Below, piece by piece: positions 59,511-64,000 of a stretch of DNA of 64,000 nt. The number at the start of each line of letters is the position of its first letter. Position 1 is the first letter of the stretch. The stretch is taken from NCBI GenBank assembly GCA_964576115.1, contig CAZNUA010000012.1, positions 1 through 64,000 on the forward strand, written 5' to 3'. The notes beneath the pieces were generated by a model. The model saw only the letters and a program-made list of their open reading frames with translations, was not told where the DNA came from and ran no database searches. The translations under genes were made by a program, and so were the position numbers. The DNA is from an uncultured Gemmatimonadota bacterium. GTDB taxonomy: Bacteria; Blakebacterota; Blakebacteria; Blakebacterales; Blakebacteraceae.

Positions 59511-59597
59511 GTACTTTCATTGTATTTATGTTTTTTCGCGGTTTTTCCCTGTTTCTGAAGAGAGAGTTCCTTAGGTTGAAAATAACGTTCATCTTCC

Positions 59598-59725
59598 GCA
59601 GTCTCGGTACGGGGCGGGTTCAGAGTGGACCCGCAACCCGTCAGGCCCGCCCGGTACCCCGCGGGCTCTGCGAGACAAGTACCAGTATCCGAGCGCAATA
59701 CCCCCGTCAGGTCAGGTGCGACTGC
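59598..59725 (+). ncRNA. Candidate structured cis-regulatory leader (riboswitch-like) upstream of the lysine 2,3-aminomutase gene
   Basis: Nested stems GTCTCG/CGAGAC, GCGGGTT/GACCCGC and GCCCGC/GCGGGC; twice-repeated GTAC..GAG(T/C)G..CCCGTCAGG. Confidence 0.4.
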
Positions 59726-59779
59726 TCCTGTGCCTGTATACAGTGAACCACCACTCAGCCCCTCGAGGTGAATCACGTT

Positions 59780-61087
59780 ATGTCCCCGACAACCACGAAT
59801 CGTGAAACGGTCATCGAGAGAATCTGTGAAGACGGCGTCACCGCCGACTGGAAGGACTGGCGCTGGCAGATCAAGAACGCGGTGAGGGATCTCGACACCC
59901 TGCAGCGGGTTCTCGATATCACCTTCGACGACGAGGAGAGACTGGATCTGGAACGGACGGTGGCGAAGTTCCCCTTCTCAGCCACCCCGTACTATCTCTC
60001 CCTGATCGACACCGCCAATTACCGTAATGACCCGGTCTTCAAACAGGCGGTGCCCGATCCCCTCGAACTGATCACCGAAAACTGCGAGATGACCGATCCC
60101 CTGGCCGAGGACAAGGACAGTCCGGTGCCGGGGATTACCCACCGGTACTACGACCGGGTTCTGTTGCTGGTCAGCAACACCTGTTCGATGTACTGCCGCC
60201 ACTGCACGCGCAAGCGCAAGGTGGGCGATGCCGATTCGATCCCCACCCGCGATATCATCGACACCGGTCTCGACTACATCCGTTCCACTCCCCGGGTGCG
60301 CGACGTGCTGCTCTCGGGCGGCGATCCCCTCATGCTCAAGGACGAATACCTCGATTACATCCTGACCGAACTGGACGCCATCGACCACGTCGAGGTGGTC
60401 CGGATCGGAACCCGCATGCCGGCGGTCCTGCCCTTCCGGATCACCGACGAGCTGGTCGAGATGCTCAAACGTCACCACCCGCTGTGGGTCAACACCCACT
60501 TCAACCACCCCCGCGAGCTCTCGGGGTCAGCCCGAGCCGCCCTGGCCCGGCTGGCCGATGCCGGGATACCGCTGGGGAACCAGAGCGTGCTACTGGCCGG
60601 CGTGAACGACTGCCCGCGGATCATCAAGCGGCTCGGTCATCTACTGGTGCAGAACCGGGTCCGGCCCTACTACCTCTATCAGTGCGATCTCTCCGAGGGG
60701 CTGTCGCACTTCCGCACCCCGGTCGGCAAGGGGATCGAGATCATGGAGAACCTGATCGGTCACACCAGCGGGTTCTCGATCCCACGCTACGTGATCGACG
60801 CTCCCGAAGGTGGCGGCAAGATCCCGATTCAGCCCAACTACATGATCTCGCGCGGGACCAACAAGGTCGTCCTGCGTAACCACGAGGGCGTGATTACGGT
60901 CTACGAAGAACCCGACTCCTACCAGCAGACCTTCTGCGACCGCAACTGCGCCGAGTGCGAGCTGGAGCTCGATCTCGACGAGGCCGGCGAGTACACCGCC
61001 ACGGGGATCTACCAGCTTCTTTCCACCTGGGACGACACCATCAGCCTGACCCCCGAAGGAACAGAGCGCCTCGAGCGGCGCGACTGA
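59780..61087 (+). CDS. ablA: Lysine 2,3-aminomutase (radical SAM, PLP), AblA/KamA family
   Basis: [53 protein letters not shown] and DAPEGGGK; C-terminal [17 protein letters not shown]. Confidence 0.93.
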   Translation: MSPTTTNRETVIERICEDGVTADWKDWRWQIKNAVRDLDTLQRVLDITFDDEERLDLERTVAKFPFSATPYYLSLIDTANYRNDPVFKQAVPDPLELITENCEMTDPLAEDKDSPVPGITHRYYDRVLLLVSNTCSMYCRHCTRKRKVGDADSIPTRDIIDTGLDYIRSTPRVRDVLLSGGDPLMLKDEYLDYILTELDAIDHVEVVRIGTRMPAVLPFRITDELVEMLKRHHPLWVNTHFNHPRELSGSARAALARLADAGIPLGNQSVLLAGVNDCPRIIKRLGHLLVQNRVRPYYLYQCDLSEGLSHFRTPVGKGIEIMENLIGHTSGFSIPRYVIDAPEGGGKIPIQPNYMISRGTNKVVLRNHEGVITVYEEPDSYQQTFCDRNCAECELELDLDEAGEYTATGIYQLLSTWDDTISLTPEGTERLERRD

Positions 61088-61096
61088 GAGGACCGC

Positions 61097-61588
61097 ATGA
61101 GCACCCGCATTCTCATCGTCGGCAGCTGGGCCAAGGAGCAGATCACGGTCGAGAATATCAGGCGCGCGGACGACTACGAGGTCCATGCCTGGCTCGACAC
61201 CAACAATCCCGGCATCACCGGTCAGGTGGACGGCTTCGAGATCGGCAGTCTGTATGCGATCGACGAGATCGTGGACTACGCCGTCCGGCAGACCGTCGAC
61301 CTGGTCCTGCCGACCACTGCGTCCCCGCTCTCGGCCGGGCTTGTCGATGCCCTCTCGGCCAAACAGGTGCCGGTCTTCGGTCCCGTCCGGGACGCCGCCC
61401 GGCTCGAATCGGACAAAGCCTGGACCCGCCGGCTGATGCAGAAGTGCTGTCCCGAGGCGATTCCCTCCTTCCGTGTCTTCACCGACCGGGACGAGGCCGT
61501 GGCTCATGCCCGCGAGCGCGACTTTGAAGTGGCCGTGAAGCCGACCGGTCTCACCGAAGGGCTCGGGGTCAGGGTTTTCGGCGATCAG
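61097..61588 (+). CDS. PurD-like ATP-grasp ligase with a divergent N-terminal motif (partial, runs into gap)
   Basis: ILIVGS, NPGI, PLSAGLVD, VFGP...AARLESDK and VAVKPTGLTEGLGV; GSWAKEQ replaces GSGGREH. Confidence 0.8.
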
Positions 61589-61688
61589 NNNNNNNNNNNN
61601 NNNNNNNNNNNNNNNNNNNNNNNNNNNNNNNNNNNNNNNNNNNNNNNNNNNNNNNNNNNNNNNNNNNNNNNNNNNNNNNNNNNNNNNN
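61589..61688. other. Scaffold gap (100 N, true size unknown)
   Basis: Run of N interrupting the PurD-like gene. Confidence 0.99.
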
Positions 61689-61689
61689 C

Positions 61690-62178
61690 ATGACCCTGAC
61701 AATCCGACAGGCCCGTGAGGACGATTTCCTCCGGGTTCATGCCTTCATCGACCGCTGTGAGATCCTCGTCACACATCCCGAACACGTCTATCGGATCATT
61801 TTGCGTTATTTCGCCGACAGCTGTTACGTGGCCGAGCGCGACGGCGAGATCGTCGGTTTCCAGATGGGCTTTCTCTCCCAGCGCCACCCCGGAACGTATT
61901 TCCTCTGGCAGATCGGAACCGATCCCGCCCTGCGTCGCCAGGGAGTCGGCCGGGCCCTGCTGGCGCACGCCGAGGAGGATCTGCGCGACAGCGGTTGCGA
62001 GCGGATCGAGGTCACCATCGATCCCGAGAACGTCGCGTCTGTCCGGATGTTCGAAAAACGGGGCTATGTCAATATCAGCCGCCGCGAAGGCGACACGGTC
62101 GAAGTGAACGATATGACAGCCGTGAAAGATTTCTACAGCCCCGGCCGCCACTTTGTCCTGCTCGAGAAGGTCCTGTAA
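61690..62178 (+). CDS. GNAT acetyltransferase, EctA-like
   Basis: YFADSCYVAERDGEIVGF, FLWQIGTDPALRRQGVG and TIDPENVASVRMFEKRG. Confidence 0.85.
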   Translation: MTLTIRQAREDDFLRVHAFIDRCEILVTHPEHVYRIILRYFADSCYVAERDGEIVGFQMGFLSQRHPGTYFLWQIGTDPALRRQGVGRALLAHAEEDLRDSGCERIEVTIDPENVASVRMFEKRGYVNISRREGDTVEVNDMTAVKDFYSPGRHFVLLEKVL

Positions 62179-62564
62179 GATACAGCCTGTCACAGGTCCG
62201 GGTACGGTCCAGACGATCCGGATGATCTCAGACTGTCTGACGGACTCGATGCCGGCGTGAAGAGCGCTTTCAACCGGCCGCTTTTCGCCAGCTATCTCCT
62301 GATCGTGATCCTGGTTCTGCTGCCGGTTCTGATACTCCTCTTCTGATCGGCGCCGTCGCCGGCTTCCTGTCCGCTCGATGGACCAGCCGGGTCGCGTTCG
62401 AAGGGCCCGCGATTTTCCGGTAACTATTTCGACCGTGGGATCGTTCAATACATCAGTTCGTGATATCACTTTCATAGGTCATGGCCGGGAACGTGGCCGG
62501 GAGCCAGACGAGTATCCTTCTCCTCTTTCGGTGCGACCGGGTTTCGAGAGTCAGGAGTCAGACG

Positions 62565-62909
62565 GTGAGCGGTATCGATAGTATTTACGGAACGGTCGAT
62601 CTGATGATCCTGCAGACGCTGCAGGCAGAAGGCCCGCTGCACGGCCTGGGGATCGCCGAGGAGATCCACCGGGTCTCGGAAACCGAGGTCAGCGTGGAAG
62701 ACAGCGCGCTGTACCCCGCTCTGCGCCGGCTCGAGGAGCAGGGTCTGATCGAGGGGGAATGGAAGATCTCCGAGCGCGGACGGCGGGCCCGGTTCTACGA
62801 TCTGACACCGCGCGGACGAGAACACCTCGATGTCCAGACGAAGGAATGGGCCCGGCGGGTGGGCGTCATCGGCCGCGTGCTCGGCTTCGGGGGGGTGAGG
62901 ATCCGATGA
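62565..62909 (+). CDS. PadR-family transcriptional regulator
   Basis: GTVDLMIL, LHGLGI, ALYPALRRLE and RRARFYDLT; AGGAG RBS before GTG. Confidence 0.92.
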   Translation: MSGIDSIYGTVDLMILQTLQAEGPLHGLGIAEEIHRVSETEVSVEDSALYPALRRLEEQGLIEGEWKISERGRRARFYDLTPRGREHLDVQTKEWARRVGVIGRVLGFGGVRIR

Positions 62910-64000
62910 AGAACCCTGCTGGCCGTACTGACCCTCGCCCTGGGCATCGGTTCGGTCACCGTCATCTTCAGCGTGGTGAACGCCGTGCTCATCAGACCGT
63001 TGCCGTACGAGGATCCCGACGGGCTGGTGCAGATCATGGAACGGGTCGAGACCGTCTCGCCCACGATACCGGTCTCGCAGGGTCTCTTCCTTGCCCTGCG
63101 GGAGCAGACCACCACCCTGGCCGGCCTGGCCGCTTCGGATTTCGTGACCTTCTCGGTGATCGGCGGAGAGGAACCCGTCCAGGAACCGGGGGTCATGACG
63201 ACGGCCGACTTCTTCACTCTTCTCGGCGCCCGCCCCGAACTCGGCCGCTTCTTCACCCGGGAGGAGGAAACCGCCGGATCGAACGGCGTGGCGGTGCTGA
63301 GCTTCGGTGCCTGGCAGAGCCTCTTCGCCGGTGATCCCGAGGTCATCGGCCGGCGGATCCGGTTGATCACGACCTACCAATACGGTCCGCCGCGCAGTCT
63401 GCCCGAGGAGGTGACCGTTATCGGCGTGCTCGGGGAGGATTTCGTCTCCCCGTACGGGAATACCCGTATCTTCGTTCCCCTGGGGATACAGGGGGAGCGT
63501 GAGAACAGGATGCACCAGTACCTCTGGCTTCTGGGGCGGCTTGGTCCCGGCACGACCGCTGAAACCGCCCGCGCCGAGATGGATGTGATCGTCCAGGGAG
63601 TCGATCCCCAGTTCAGGGGGACGAGAGGTAATGAAGACTGGGACAACGGCGTCACCCTGACCTCGTTCTGGGAGGTCCAGCGGGGATACCTCCGCAGCTC
63701 CCTCCAGATCTTCTTCGTGGCGGTAGGTCTGCTGCTGCTGGTGGGATGCGCCAATATCGCCAACCTGCTTCTGGCCCGCGGTNNNNNNNNNNNNNNNNNN
63801 NNNNNNNNNNNNNNNNNNNNNNNNNNNNNNNNNNNNNNNNNNNNNNNNNNNNNNNNNNNNNNNNNNNNNNNNNNNNNNNNNNTCTGCTGCTGCTGGTGGG
63901 ATGCGCCAATATCGCCAACCTGCTTCTGGCCCGCGGTGCCGGCCGCGGCCGGGAGATGGCCGTGCGGCTCGCCATCGGCGCTTCGCGCCGCCGGCTCGTC
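62906..64000 (+). pseudogene. ADOP-family ABC permease, 5' end deleted or frameshifted; partial at the window edge
   Basis: TLLAVLTLALGIG...NAVLIRPLPYEDPD...[17 protein letters not shown]...[10 protein letters not shown]; the coupled ATG 62906 is out of frame with this body. Confidence 0.7.
63783..63882. other. Scaffold gap flanked by an exact 55-bp duplication
   Basis: 63728-63782 is identical to 63883-63937. Confidence 0.95.

Noticed and set aside
59584-59600. CGTTCATC resembling the 5' end of the glnA glutamine riboswitch
   Set aside because: The downstream GACGGAAGT and GAAGGAACG elements are absent.
63728-63937. Exact 55-bp direct repeat flanking the second gap
   Set aside because: The copies abut the N run on each side and merging them restores one permease frame; this is a contig-overlap artefact, not a biological repeat.

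Overview
A GC-rich 64-kb bacterial scaffold window from a diderm organism. PadR/ADOP permease pairs, a VPS10/BNR protein and a HEAT-cyclophilin suggest a Gemmatimonadota/Acidobacteriota/Latescibacterota-like lineage; this is inference only. There are two 100-N gaps. Most of the window is housekeeping and metabolism: Na+-translocating decarboxylase subunits, class II photolyase, lipA-lpdA, a eukaryote-type citrate synthase, trxB, polX, obg, dprA and a complete his operon. The most interesting items are: (1) a lysine 2,3-aminomutase gene followed by a PurD-like ATP-grasp protein whose GGREH substrate motif is replaced, then (across a gap) a short EctA-like acetyltransferase, all preceded by a structured leader with a tandem motif, which is a candidate new beta-lysine-derived osmolyte/amide pathway; (2) a NuoE-NuoF-short NuoG (HydCBA/BfuCBA-type) diaphorase operon with no hydrogenase or formate dehydrogenase catalytic unit, ending in a stand-alone glutamate-synthase-family FMN protein; (3) a small accessory island with vapBC and a leaderless, operator-controlled DUF6036-like nucleotidyltransferase + HTH-partner module around decayed genes; (4) a His-rich leader peptide attenuator and a HisA-HisI-HisE fusion coupled to hisD. 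No rRNA, tRNA, CRISPR array, transposase or integrase was recognised. All calls come from motif reading; no database searches were run.
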